Below, piece after piece: positions 26,628 through 39,899 of a stretch of DNA of 64,000 bases. The translations under genes were made by a program, and so were the position numbers. Origin of the DNA: Chiloscyllium plagiosum (Eukaryota); contig NC_057720.1 of the NCBI RefSeq assembly GCF_004010195.1, positions 3,902,792 to 3,966,791 on the forward strand, written 5' to 3'. Position 1 is the stretch's first letter, and each line of letters opens with the position of its first letter. The notes below the pieces were generated by a model. It was not told the origin of the DNA. It did not search any database and saw only the letters and a program-made list of their open reading frames with translations.

Positions 26628-29600
26628 TTGGGGTGCATGTCTACAGATCCCTGAAGGTGGAAGGGCAGGTTAATAGGATGAAAGTAAGCATTCCATATAC
26701 CTCCTCAACTTATCAGTCATTGCATACATTTATACGAGCAGGGAGATCATGTTGGAGGTGTACAGAACTTTGGTTGGGCCACAGCTGGAGTACTGTGTAC
26801 AGTTCTGGGCACCATACTGTAGGAAGGATGTGATTGCACTGGAGAGGGTGCAGAGGGGATTCACCAGGATGTTCCCTGGGATGAAACATTTCAACTATGA
26901 AGTGAATCATAGAAATCTCTCAGTGTGGAAAGAGGCCATTCATCCTAACAAGTATGTAACGTGCCCCTGAAGAGCATCCTGCTCGGACCCAGTGCCACAC
27001 TCTATCCCCATCAAATCCCCTGCATTTAGCATGTCCAGTTCACCTAACCTGCACATTTTGGACCGTGGTAGAAAGCCGGAGCACTGGGAAGAAACCCAGG
27101 CAGACACAGGAAGAATATGCAAACTCCTGAAGAGGTTGGATAAGCTCGGGTTGTTTTCTGAAGCCGAGAAGGTTGGGTGGGGGGGTGGGGGGCTGGGGAA
27201 GAGGTGGACAACCTAATAGAGGTGTGTAAGGTTATGATGGGCATGGAGGGGTTGAGTAGAAAGCAGTAGTTCCCCATAGTTGAAGGATCAATAACAAGGT
27301 GAAGGTGGGGAGAAGGCCTGGGAATTTTAAATGAGAAGCATGATGTTTTGAAGGGATTTGAGGAAAAAAATCTTTTTTTTACACAGAGGCTGATGGGGGA
27401 CTGGAATGTGCTGCCTGGGAAATTGTAACCTTTAAAAAGAACTTGGATGCGTACCTGAAATGTCATCGTTCATGGCTATGGACTTGATGCAGGAAAGTGG
27501 GGTTAGTCACGGTAGTAGTGTCTGTTGGGTGGTACAGATTTGATTGGCTGAAAGGCCTCTTCTGTCCTGTATGATTCTATAATTTGGAGTCCCGTATAGC
27601 TGTCACCATCATTGAGCATTATCATCTGATCTACTTCAACTAGTTAATCAGCAAAGTAAATAACTGACATCTGACCAATTTGTTTGAATGTGGTTAAGTC
27701 ACTTAATGATTAAACAACGCAATGTTGCAGAAGTGAAACACCAACATCGCCTCAAAATTAGGGGGAACAGATTTAGGACTGAATTATGGAGCAATGTCTT
27801 CACCCAGAGGGTTGTGAATCTTTGGAATTCCCTGCCCAGGGAAGTGGTTGATGTTACTTCAGTAACTGTTTTTAAAACAAAGTTTTTTTTAAACAATAAA
27901 GGAATTAAGGGTCACAGTGAGAGATGGATTGGTGGAGGCTAGAAAAGATCTTATTGAATGGCAAAACAGGCTTGAAGGGCCAGATTGTCTATTCCTGCTC
28001 GTAGTTTTTATGTTCTGTACTTATTGCTTTTGAGAGCCTTGACAAAACTTTTTCACATGAGCTAACACACAAAAAGCATTAATGTTTGGGAACCAGCAGA
28101 AAAGTGGAGAGGTGAAAGCCATCCATTGGATGAGATGTTGAAATGAGGCCATATTTGCCCCCTCGTGTAGATGAGAGAGAATGCGTGGCGTTATTTCCAG
28201 AAGAATAAGACTGTTCTCCCTGATGTCTGCCAATATGTATCCCTCAATCGACATCATATTGTGACCAGATTTGCCTTTGAGGGATTTGTTCTGTCCTCTT
28301 TCTCTTGATATCTTGTAAACCTTGCGTCGATGGGTCTGCTCCATTGGAAAGCCAAGTAAATAGCTTTGTGGTGTTTAACAATTAGACAAAAGAACCATGA
28401 ATGGATAGAATCAGGCTTGAAGGGCCAGATTGTCTACTCCTGCTCAGTTCTTATGTTCTTTTTGCTTTTGAGAGTTGTTGAGGTTGGGGCTTTTGGAGTT
28501 GAAGTTACTAGATACAGCTATCTCTCTCTGTTGCAAAAAGTCTTGAGTGCTCTCTACTGTTAGATTCGTGCTGTGGTGAACCCCCTCCTGGACTGGAGAA
28601 GATAGTGAGGGAAATCTGTTTTGTTGAATTTGCCTTTGCCAAGAGTGTTTATGGAATGCTATGTTGGAACAGTTGTTGAGACGTCATTAAATGAGTTTTG
28701 TTTGGCACAACATTGTGGGCCAAAGGGCCTGTTCCTGTGCCATATAGTTCCATGTTCCATTATATGTTGTTTTGTTATGTATCTCAAAAGAGTTAAATTT
28801 ATGCCAACTTTTTTTTGTTTGTAATTTAATTGTGGTGTAAGAATAAAGTGTGCATTGCTTAACACCTAGTAATTTGACCAATTGAATTGCATGTGGAATG
28901 CAGCGCCTTACACTTACCTTTCAATAAAAGTTGGGGTGTAGGTTATTCCTTTGGTTTGGTCCATAACAACATAAATAAAGTCCCCTCTCAACTTATCAAA
29001 GAGCCTGGTCATTATCGCATTGCTTTTTGTGGGAGCTTGTTCAAGATTATTTTGGTTGTCTCTCCTTAACAGTGCTGTGTGTGTCCCCACACCACAAGTG
29101 GTTCAAGAAAGCAACTTGTCTCCTCCAGGACAATAAAGGATGGCCAGGGATGAACACATTCTGTGAAAGAATCGAGAAAAGCTTGCTATGTTACAGCAGC
29201 AACTACTTTGAAACTTTCATTTGCTGTAAAAGCTTTGAAATGTCATGTAAAAGATGCTAATGAACAGTAAAATATTTCAAATTGGACAATCCTCATTGCA
29301 AACAGTTTGAAACAATGGATAGGGAATGAAATTGGGTATTAGGCTATCCCTCGGTCTCTCAATATTGAATCATTTTTAGGACCTACAAGATATAGATGTA
29401 ATGTACTATTTACAAGATACACTGCAGAAATCTTCCAAGACTCTTTAGACAGCACCTTCCAAACCCTTAACCACTTCCATCTAGAAGGACAAGGGCAACA
29501 GATAGACGGGAACACCATCCCCTGCAAGTTCCCCTCCCAGCCTGACTTGGAAATATAATTCTGTTCCTTCAGTGTCGCTGGGTCAAACAATCCTGGAATT

Positions 29601-29821
29601 CCCTCCTGAAGGACATTGTTGGCCAGCCTATGTTGTAAGGGGAGTTCATCTTATTTAAAGGCAAGTGTAAGTTGCTGAGTCCAGATGTGGTTCAATTGGT
29701 CAACTACTAGGCTTTAAGCAAAACATTCTTTATTCTTACACCATAGTTAAAAAAGAAACAAAAAAAACAAATCATTGGCATCATTTTAACTGTATTGCAA
29801 TACTTAAAATATTTTATTTAA

Positions 29822-30241
29822 TTGCTGTGGTTCTGTTCGCCGAGCTGGAAGTTTTTGTTGCAAACGTTTCGTCCCCTGTCACGACAAGCAACATGAATTT
29901 GACTGGGACAACACTACCATTATAGGGCAAGCCAAACAAAGAACAGCCAGGGAATTCCTAGAAGCATGGCACTCATCCACAAACTCCATCAACAAACACA
30001 TCGACCTGGATCCAATATACCGGCCACTACAGCGGACAGCTGAAACTGACAACCGGAAGCGGCAGGAACAGGCCACTACAAATGCCGGAGGAAAGATCAC
30101 AGATGCGCTTCACAGGAGGCTCCCAAGCACTGAGGACGTCACCTAGACAGGGGACGAAACGTCTGCAACACAAATTCCCATCTCGGCGAACAGAACCACA
30201 GCAACGAGCACCCGAGCTACAAATCTTCGCACAAACTTTGA
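29822..30241 (+). mobile_element. 5'-truncated Penelope-like element with an inverted 5' segment and an intact hammerhead
   Basis: Encodes HEFDWDNTTIIGQAKQRTAREFLEAWHS (GIY-YIG C-terminus). 29823-29880 is an inverted copy of 30146-30203. TSD attttatttaa at 29811-29821 and 30242-30252. Confidence 0.85.
30127..30166 (+). ncRNA. Minimal type I hammerhead ribozyme motif
   Basis: GCA-CUGAGGA-C-GUCaCCU(AGAC)AGGgGAC-GAAA-CGUC-UGC. Stem I is GCA/UGC, helix III is replaced by palindromic ACGU, and cleavage is predicted after C30163. Confidence 0.8.
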
Positions 30242-30935
30242 ATTTTATTTAACTAATAATCAACTGTTCCAATGTAGCAGCATCCCATAAACTCACTCTT
30301 GGCACACGCACGACAGCAGGTCAAGAAGGTAGCTCATCAACTTCTAAAAGGTAATAAATACAGGCCCTGTACTGATGCTAGATCTCCATAGTGAATTAAT
30401 GTGTATCAATGAGACGGAGCATTATGGCTGGAGCAATATTTTGCAAGGGCAAGTTTCCATATTCCTGAACTATGCTTAGAAATGTCAGGTAGTGTTTGAG
30501 TCAAATTCCTGTTGTTCAGTCCAGATCAGTTACCAGATTTTGTATTTCTAACACCGATTAAGATTCCTTTGTAGAATTTAGGCAGCGCAAGGCCACCGGG
30601 AGAAAGTGCGGACTGGAGATCAGAGTCGAAAAGTGTGACGCTGGAAAAGCCACAGCAAGTCAGGCAGCATCTGAGGAGCAGAAGAATTGACGTTTGGAAT
30701 ATAACCCCTTCCCGATGAAGGGCTTATGCCCGAAACGTTGCTTTGTGTGCTGCTTGGATGCTGTCTGACCTGCTGTGCTTTTCCAGCACCACATTTTTCA
30801 TCACTAGGCCACCACTCATTGTCCATCCCTAATTGCCCTGGGAAAGTGGTTTGGGAGCCATCTTAATATGATTTAGTGGCTTGGTTGGCTATTTCAGCAT
30901 TCAATCACATTGCTCTGGCTGTCAGATTAATAGTT

Positions 30936-31812
30936 TAGATCAGAGTGGTGCTGGAAAAGCACAGCCGGTCAGGCAGCATCCGAGGAGCAGGAAAATCGAC
31001 GTTTCAGGCAACAGCCCTTCATCAGGAATAGAGGCAAGAAGTCTCCAGCGTGGAGAGATAAAATGTGGGGGAGAGTCAGGCTGGGGAGAAGGTAGCAAAG
31101 AGTACAATAGGTGAATGGGGGTGGGGATGGAGGTGATTGGTCAGAGGGGAGGGTGGAGTGGATAGATAGGAAGGGAGATTGGCAGGTAGGACAGGTCATG
31201 GGGACAGTGCTGAGCTGGAAGGTTGGAACTGGGGTAAGGTGGTGTGGGGAGGGGAAATGAGGAAACTGGTGAAGTCCACATTGATGCCCTGGGGTTGAAG
31301 TGTTCCGAGGCGGAAGATGAGGCGTTCTTCCTCCAGGCGTCTGGTGGTGAGGGAGCGGTGGTGAAGGAGGCCCAGGACCTGCATGTCCTCGGCAGAGCAG
31401 GAGGGGGAGTTGAAATGTTGGGCCACGGGGCGGTGTGGTTGATTGGTGCGGGTGTCCCGGAGATGTTCCCTAAAGCGCTCTGCTAGGAGGCGTCCAGTCT
31501 CCCCAATGTAGAGGAGACCGCATCGGATACAATAAATGACATTGGTGGATGTGCAGGTGAAACTTTGATGGATGTGGAAGGCGCCTTTGGGGCCTTGGAT
31601 GGAGGTGCGGGGGGAGGTCTGGGCACAGGATTTGCAATTCCTGCAGTGGCAGGGGAGGGTGCCAGGATGGGAGGGTGGGTTGTTGGGGGGCGTGGACCTG
31701 ACCAGATAGTCACAGAGGGAATGGTCTTTGCGGAAGGCGGAAAAGGGTGGGGAGGGAAATATATCTTTGGTGGTGGAGTCCATTTGGAGGTGGCAGAAAT
31801 GTTGGCTGATGA
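30936..31812 (-). mobile_element. Penelope-like element 3' portion (GIY-YIG ORF plus terminal repeat with hammerhead core)
   Basis: ORF 31196..31783 has NVIYCIRCGLLYIGETGRLLAERFREH. The minus strand at 31025-30998 reads CUGAUGA-A-GGGC(UGUU)GCCU-GAAA-CGUC. Confidence 0.9.
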
Positions 31813-34737
31813 TATGGTTAAGGTGTCAGAATATACACAGGTCAGGCCAGGCCAGGACCAGGGACAGCAGATTTCCTTAAGAACATAACTAAAGCAGATG
31901 GACTCTTCTAGAAGGAAATCCTGTGGTTGTCATGGTTACTGTTACTGAGAGAATGAAATCAAAATACTGTGGATGCTAGAGATCTGAAATAAAATCAGAA
32001 AGTGCTGGAGAAACTCAGCAACAGTGGTCAGAGAAACAGTCAATGATTCCTGTCTGATTATGGCACTTCTTCGGAACGTGAAAATGATGGTTCTCAAGCT
32101 GTTGACAAATTGGGTGGAGGAGTGGGTGGAACAGATGGTGAGGCTTTTTATTGCCAATTTATTTAACAAGATTTATATTCCCCATCTGCCGTGGTGGCAC
32201 TTTATTGTACTAACATTGACAGAAACCAATTCATGTAGATTTAGCTACCATTCCACATAGAGATAGTGAGAGAGAGCAAGAGAGTCTTCCAGTCCTGTTG
32301 TTACCAATCCATTTTCCTCTTCCTCTGCCAAATGCTTTCCCCTGGAATATAGTCCTCTTGTGTATTCCTGTGTCTGACTTCATTTGTTTCTCAACGTGAG
32401 TTATCTGCAGGCAACTTGTGAAGCTTCCAGAAAAGAGTAAATCAAACAGATGCAGATCTGAGTTTCAAAATCTCTTTATCCTGATGTTAATTTGTGGTCA
32501 GATGGATTCTTGTTCATTCATCGCTTTCATGAGCTAGCTCGATCTGCTCAGGTGACCACTGTTGCTGGCTGATGTCAATGTTTTTCCTTTTGTAAAACCA
32601 TCTTCATCCAGAAAGGTCCTGGGTAAAAACCAGATGACAGAAGTCAAAAATTGATAGTTCTTTTTACCACGATCATAATGAAAGCACAGATCTATTAAAG
32701 AAGAAGCTGGATAAATAGGAGAAAAGATTAACAGGACAAGCTAATAGGATGAGATGAAGAAGTAGGAGGAGTCTTGTGTGAAGCATTACTTATGGGAGGT
32801 GGTGCTGTAGTGGTAATGCCTCTGGTCTTGTAATCCAGAACCCTAGGTTAATATTCTGCGGCATGTGTTCAAATCCCACCATGACAGGGGTGAAATTTGA
32901 CTTCAATAAAATCTGGAATAAAAAACTAGAGTATTAGTGGTGACTATAAGCCCATCAGATTCAGTGATGTCCTTTAGGCAGTCCTTACCCAGTCTGACCT
33001 AAATGTGACTCCAGACCAATAGCAATACGGTTAACCCTCTCACCAAATAGGGATGAGCAATAAATGTTGGCCCAGCCAGTAATGCTTACATACTGTGAAT
33101 GAATAAAAAGTAAACACAGGCAGATATCAGTATGATCTGTATTTGTGTCGTATACTGTAGGTATTGTAATGTCATAGGAACATAAGAAGTAGGAGCAGGA
33201 GTCAACCATTCAACTGGCTCCATCATTCCATAAGATCATCACTGACTGGGGATACTAGAGATTACCAGCAGATGCTCAGGGAAGTGGCTGAGTTGGGATA
33301 AGTTCGAATCCTATTAAGGCAGATGGTTGCTTTTAAATCAAATTAATAAATGTATTAATTTATAGGTTGGTTAATAAATCAAGGTGCAACACTTACCCAT
33401 TCACCTCGTCCTTCCTCACTGACTAATGACCCAAACACACCTACCAGGTGAAGCAGCATTTAACTTGTTTTTCTACTGCTCACAAGAAGGTTTCCCATAT
33501 CAAATCAGAAATTGCTGGGATTTCTTGGTCTCACCAGTGTATAGGAAACCATAAATAAAAAAAAAACTATGGATGCTGGAAATCAGAAACAAAAGCAGAA
33601 ATTGCTGGAGAAGCTCAGCAGAATTGGCAGCATCTGTGAAGAGAAATCAGAGTTAATGTTTCGGGTCCAGAGATCCTTCTTCAGAACTTGTTAATAGTGG
33701 TGAAAGAACTGGATCCGAAATTTTAACTTTGATTTCTCTTCACGGATGCTGCCAGGTCCACTGAGTTTTTCCAGCAATTTCTGCTTTTGTTTCTGATTTC
33801 CAGCATTCACAATTCTTTCAGTTTTTTAATTATGGTTTATGGTTTCCTGTACACTGGTGAGACCAAACACAGGCTGAGTAACTGCTTTGCAGAAAACATC
33901 GGTCCTGGCTGTAGGAATGACCTTCCAGTTGGTGGCCATTTCAGTAAACCCACCTTAATATTGTGTTAACATTTCTGTCCTGGGTCTGCTACAACCTTCC
34001 AAGGAAGAACAACGCAAGCTGAGAAACAACACTTCATTTTCTGTTTAGGTACTTTACATCCTCCAGGAATCAACACTGAATTCCACAATTTCAGAAACAG
34101 ATTGAATTTTGGTTATTGTCCATTTTTCTCACATTCTCTCCCTGCCCCTGCCCCACCCCACAACCTTGTCTTTGTTGTGTCTTGTTTACTTTGCCCTTAG
34201 TAGAGGGCCATTGCCCTCATTCACACTGTAATTTACACACTGTTATAGCTCTACTTTTCTTTCACCACCATTAACATCCTCTCTGTCTTTTGCTCTTGGC
34301 CTCAATACCGTCTGTTCCTCTTTCTCCTCCTCCAAAAATTTTCATTTCTGAACAAGAGTCATGTCCCACTTGAAACACTGTTTCCCTCTCCGAAGAAGTC
34401 GCCAGATCTGCTGAGTTTCTCCAAGATTGTTTCAGATTTCCAGCACACGGTCCCATAGAGTCGTACAGCACAGAAACAGACCCTTCAGTCCAACCAGTCT
34501 ACGCTGACCATGTTCCCAAACTAAATTAGCCCCATCTGCCTGCTCCTAGTCCATATCCCTCCAAACCTTTCCTGTTCATGTATTTATCTAAATGTCTTTT
34601 AAATGTTGTAACTGTGTCCGCATCTACCACTCCCTCAGGAAGTTGATTCCACATGCAAACCACTCTGGGGCAAGTGTTTTACTCAATGTCTTTTTTAAAT
34701 TTCTCCTCTCACATGAGCCCCTGGTTTAAGCTTCCAT

Positions 34738-35040
34738 GGGCGGTACGGTGGCACAGTGGTTAGCACTGCTGCCTCACAGCGCCCCAGGTTCAATTCTCGC
34801 CTCGGGCGACTATCTGTGTGGTGTTTGCACATTCTCCCTGTGTCTGCGTGGGATTTCTCTGGTTTCCTCCCACAGTCCAAAGATGTGTAGGTCAGGTGAA
34901 TCGGCCATGCTAAATTGCCTGTAGCGTTAGGTGAAGGGGTAAATGTAGGGGATTGGGTCTGGGTGGGTTGCTCTTCAGAGGGTCAGTGTGGATTTGTTGG
35001 GCCGAAGGGCCTGTTTCCACACTCTAAGTAATCTAATCTA
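34738..35040 (+). mobile_element. HE1-like V-SINE
   Basis: Same head, V-domain and TAATC tail as the 18866 copy. Confidence 0.85.
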
Positions 35041-35509
35041 AGGTCACCTCTCAAGCTCCTACACTCCAGTGAAAAAAGTCCCAGCCTATCCAGCCTTTCT
35101 TAAAAACTCAAACCTTCCATACCCAGCAACGTCCTGATAAATCTCTCCAGCTTAATAATATCCTTCCTATAACAGGTGGCCAGAACTGGACACTACTCCA
35201 GAAGAGGCTGCACCAATGTCCTGTAGAATCTCAACATGACGTCGCAACTCCTTTACTTAAAGGTCTGAGAAATAGTATTTTTTCTATTACGGAGGAGAAA
35301 GTGTGGACTGCAGATGCTGGAGATCAGAGCTGAAAATGTGTTGCTGGAAAAGCGCAGCAGGTCAGGCAGCAACCAAGGAACAGGAGAATCGACGTTTCAG
35401 GCATAAGCCCTTCTTCAGGAATGAGGAATCCTCATTCCTGAAGAAGGGCTTATGCCCAAAACGTCAATTCTCCTGTTCCTTGGATGCTGCCTGACCTATT
35501 ACTGAGGAT

Positions 35510-36605
35510 AGGCTGGCCACCAATATCCACTATAAACCCACCGACTTCCACAGTGACCTGGACTATACATCCTCACACCCTGCTTCCTGTAAAAGTGCCA
35601 TTCCATTCTGACAGTTTTTCCATCTCCTTTGCATTTGTTGTGATGACGCCAACTTTGATAAGGGAGCCTTGGAAATGTCCACCTTCTTCCTCAACCGAGG
35701 GTTCCCCAGGACCGTGGGTTGACAGGGTCTCTGCCAGTTTTGGTGAAGGGTCCTGCCTGAAACATCGACTCTCCGGCTCCTCTGATGCTGCCTGCCCTAC
35801 TGTGCTTTTTCCAGCTCTGCACTTTATCGACTCTGACTTGCCAGCATCTGCAGTCCTCACTATCTCCTCAGCCATGTACAACCCAGCTCCCAAACTTCAG
35901 CCTTCATCCCATCCCGCACACTTCAGCCCTCACCCCCTCCCTTCCCTCCCACAGGAGTGATAGGGTCTCCCTTGTCCTCACCTACCATCCCATCAGCATC
36001 CATGTGTAAAGGATCATAAGCTGCCATTTCTGTCACCTCCAGTGAGATGCCACCACCAGACACACATTCCCCTCCCCTCCCTTGTCACCCTTCTGCAGAG
36101 ACCATTCCCTCCAGGTCCACTCCTCCTCCTCCACTCCAAATATCTCCCCACATCACCCCTGGCACCTTACCATGCGGTTGCTTAATGACCCTCTATCCTT
36201 CTGGACTCCATATCGAATTCAATAATTTTAGGGCCTGAACACCTTTTCCCATGTCCTTACCCCAACCCGCACATATCAGGCCCTGTCATCAAATGGACTG
36301 CTACCATAAATAACCCATTGTTAAACATTAATGGTTCCCAGCAGCAGCTACTCATTCTCCCAGGCTGACCTTTACCCATTCCTCGGTCTGCCCAACTGTT
36401 TCCCTCTCTCTGGGCTCCATCTCCACCTTTTGTTCACCCCTTTCCCCTCTCCCACCCCTTCTTTAGCATACATTCTAACCTTTTCCTCACTACAACCAGT
36501 TCTGAAGAGGGGTCACAAGTCTCAGAACGTTAGTCTCTGTGGAGAGAAACGGTTGTCAGACTCGCTGGGTTTCTCCAGCAATTTTTGTTCTTGTTTGATT
36601 TTTCT
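35510..36605 (+). mobile_element. Decayed Penelope-like element (RT C-terminus to 3' terminal repeat)
   Basis: Remnants of YKPTD..DYTSSHPASCKSAIPF and LVLTYHP, with a degenerate hammerhead core ctgaagag at ~36502. Confidence 0.7.
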
Positions 36606-37377
36606 CCTGGGTTTGTGTGAAGCAGTGAGAGGGAATTAATTTTCAATTCCTGGAGACTGCAGTTTGATCCTGAAGGATTGGCAAGCCTGAGTGTCCAATC
36701 CAGTCGGAGAAAGTGAGGTCTGCAGTTGCTGGAGATCAGAATTGAGTGTTTGTTACTGGAAAAGCACAGCAGGTCAGACAGCATCCGAGGAGCAGGAAAA
36801 TCGGTGTTTCAGGTCGGAGCCCTTCATCCGGCCTGAAACATTGATCTCCTGCTCCTCGGATACTGCCTGACCTGCTGTGCTTGTCCAATCTAGTCTTCCT
36901 GTGTGTCAATGGTTGTGTAAAAACAGAGGAATTCCCACTTTTCTAACTCCCCTCCTACTGGAATCGACCTTTCCTTGCCGTGTTTATTCGGAAACTTTGC
37001 AAATACAAAGGTGTCTGAAGGATCCGACTCACCTGTCTGTACGTTGGCAGACATCAGTGTCAGAAAATGTTGGATTGTTCTGTGAAATTGTGAATCCTGA
37101 GTTGAAAGAGCGAGATATTTTCAAAACAATTAAAATCTCCAGGGAAATAGTATTGTGAAAATTATTCAAATTGGCGAGGGAATGGACCAGGTTTTGGAAT
37201 GTGGGACGAGAATGGCCTTCCAGATTACTCAGCTGCCGCAGGCATGCTGCGCTAAATGGTGTCCTTCTGTGCCATAGCTTTTCCTTTGATTCAAACCAGA
37301 AGCTGACAAGAACTTAGCTCATGATGGATCTCATGGGGCCCTAATGTTGCTGACCGAGTAGACACTTTGTTCCTTTA

Positions 37378-37586
37378 GGTAAAAACAATGACTGCAGATG
37401 CTGGAAACCAGATTCTGGATCAGTGGTGCTGGAAGAGCACAGCAATTCAGGCAGCATCCGAGGACAGGCAAAATCGACGTTTCGGGCAAAAGCCCCCTGA
37501 TGAAGGGCTTTTGCCCGAAACGTCAATTTTGCCTGTCCTCGGATGCTGCCTGAATTGCTGTGCTCTTCCAGCACCACTGATCCAGA
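37378..37586. mobile_element. Short fold-back insertion from a Penelope terminal repeat (family A)
   Basis: 83-bp inverted arms (37413-37495 and 37505-37587) with one mismatch. TSD actttgttccttta at 37364-37377 and 37587-37600. Confidence 0.88.
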
Positions 37587-39059
37587 ACTTTGTTCCTTTA
37601 TTTTTAACCAAAGAGAGGGCAGACTTTCGTTTGTCCAACAGAATGAGTCTGGGGAACTCTCCCCTCTGGAGAACTTTTGGAATATTGTGTGCAATTCTGG
37701 TCTCCTTCCTATCAGAAGGATATTGTGAAACTTGAAAGGGTTCAGAAAGATTTACAAGGACGCTTTCCAGGGTTAGAGAGTTTGAGCTATAGGGAGAGGT
37801 TGAACAGGCTGGGGCTGTTTTCCCTGGAGTGTCGGAGACTGAGGGGTGACCTTATCAAGGTTTATAAAATAATGAGGGGCATGGATAGGATAAATAGACA
37901 AGGTCTTTTCCCTGGGGTGGGGGAGTAGAAACGAGAGGGCATGGGTTTAGGGTGAGAGGGGAAAGATATTAAAGAGACCTAAGGGGCAACTTTTTCATGC
38001 AGAGGGTGTACGTGCATGGGAATAAGCTGCCAGAGGAAGTGGAGGAGGCTGGTACAATTATAATATTCAAAAGGCATCTGGATGAATAGGAAGTATTAGA
38101 GAGATACGGGCCAAGTGCTGGCAAATGCAACTAGATTAATTTAGGATATCTGGTTGGCATGGATGATTTGGACCGAAGGGTCTGTTTCCGTGCTGTACAT
38201 CTCGATGACTCTAATTTATGTGACTGCACATTCAGCTTTTTTCTAGACCCAACTGGTCAACACATGTTGTGGTTATCTCTGATGTTAAGTGGTTACCATC
38301 CTTTGCCCAATGTGGATGTATAGTTAGTGGGGCTCCTGTAAATAGTGAGCAGTATACCAAAGTACAAATCCTGCCCCATAGTAAACAAGACATGACAACT
38401 TCCAATTTGACACCCATTAAAATAACGGAATGTTGAAGACTCCAAAAGTCTGTGTTGACTTGATTTTATAAATCTCTCCAGTCATTTTGTTTAAGAGAAA
38501 ATCCATGGGAGGTATGGCTAGGGTATATAGACAATGTCTCTTCCCTGGGGTGGGGGAGTCCAGAACTAGAAGGCATCGGTTCAGGGTCTGAGGGAAAGAT
38601 ATAAAAGGGAGCTAAGGGGCAATCTTTTCATGCAGAGGGTGATACGTGTATGGAATGAGCTGCCAGAGGAAGTGGTGGAGACTTGTACAATTACAGCATT
38701 TTAAAAGGCATCACAATGGTGCTGGATAGAAAGGCTTTAGAGGGGTATGGGTCAAGTGCTGGCAAATGGGACGAGGTTAGGTTACGATATCTGGTCAGCA
38801 TGGATGAGTTGGACTGAAGGGTCTGTTTCTGTGCTGTATATCTCTATGACTTCTAAGTGGAAGCAGGAGTTGCTGAATATTTTGAAGGCACAGGTGGACA
38901 GACTCATGGCCAATGAGAGAGTCAAAATGATGGGGTGGCCAGGAATGGGGAGTTAAAGTCACAACCAGATCAATCTCAGTCTTAATGAATCAAGGGGCAA
39001 TCTCGAGGGCTTAGAAATCTCTCCACTTGGCCCTTCAGATCTGTATTGACACTCTGTAG

Positions 39060-39245
39060 TGCATACCACCCAAACCCAGCCCCCTGCTTTATCCTCATAA
39101 CCCTGCATTTCCCCATGGCTAATCCACCCAGCCTGCACATCCCTGGACGATATGGGTCAATTTATCATAGCTAATCCACCCAACTTGCACATCCATGGAC
39201 ACTATGGGGCAAAATACCATGGCTAATCCATCCAGCCTGCACATG
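39060..39245. repeat. Degenerate ~58-bp tandem repeat (about 3 units) from a V-SINE 3' segment
   Basis: Repeated gctaatccacccagcctgcacatccctggac at ~39118, 39170 and 39222. Confidence 0.65.
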
Positions 39246-39899
39246 AAGGCTAGTACAACTACAACATTTCAAAGACATGAGTATATGAATTTAGGTGGAT
39301 TTGGGCCAAATGCTGACAAATGGGACTAGGTTAATTTGGGATATCTGGTCAGTATGGACGAGTTGGACCAAAGGGACTGTTTTTGTGTGGTACATCTCTT
39401 TTGTGCGGATTGTGTGGGGGGGGAGGGGGGAGGGAAGAAACTGCAGCACACAGAGGAAATTCATACAGACACAGGAGAATGTACAAATTTCATACAGACA
39501 GTTGCCTGAGGCTGGAATCAAACCCAGGTCCTTGGCGCTGTGAGGCAACAGTGCTAACCACTGAGCCAAAGTGCTATCCAGAATGGCGTATCTCTGCTCT
39601 TCAGTCACATGCTTGTAATGATTTAGTTGGGAATGCATTCTTTGCTTTCAGTGTTGGTATCTCTCTGGTTTGTTTGGACCATCATATTCTGGTGACCTCT
39701 TAAAAGAAGCACTTCCAATTTTATTTATGTAACCAAGGGTCATTGTTATTGCTCCATATAAACATGGAACAAGAGTAGACCACTCGGCCCTTCTAGCCTG
39801 TTCTGCCATTCAATACAATCATGGCTGATCAGAATTTAATCTCAAATTTACATTATCAAGAATATGCAGCAATCTTTAATCTCCTTGGTCATCAAGAAT

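Noticed and set aside
37388..37735. Recurrent short ORFs such as MLPDLLCFSS and GAGKAQQVRQHPRSR across the window
   Set aside because: These are incidental translations of the family A terminal repeat in both orientations, not a peptide gene family.
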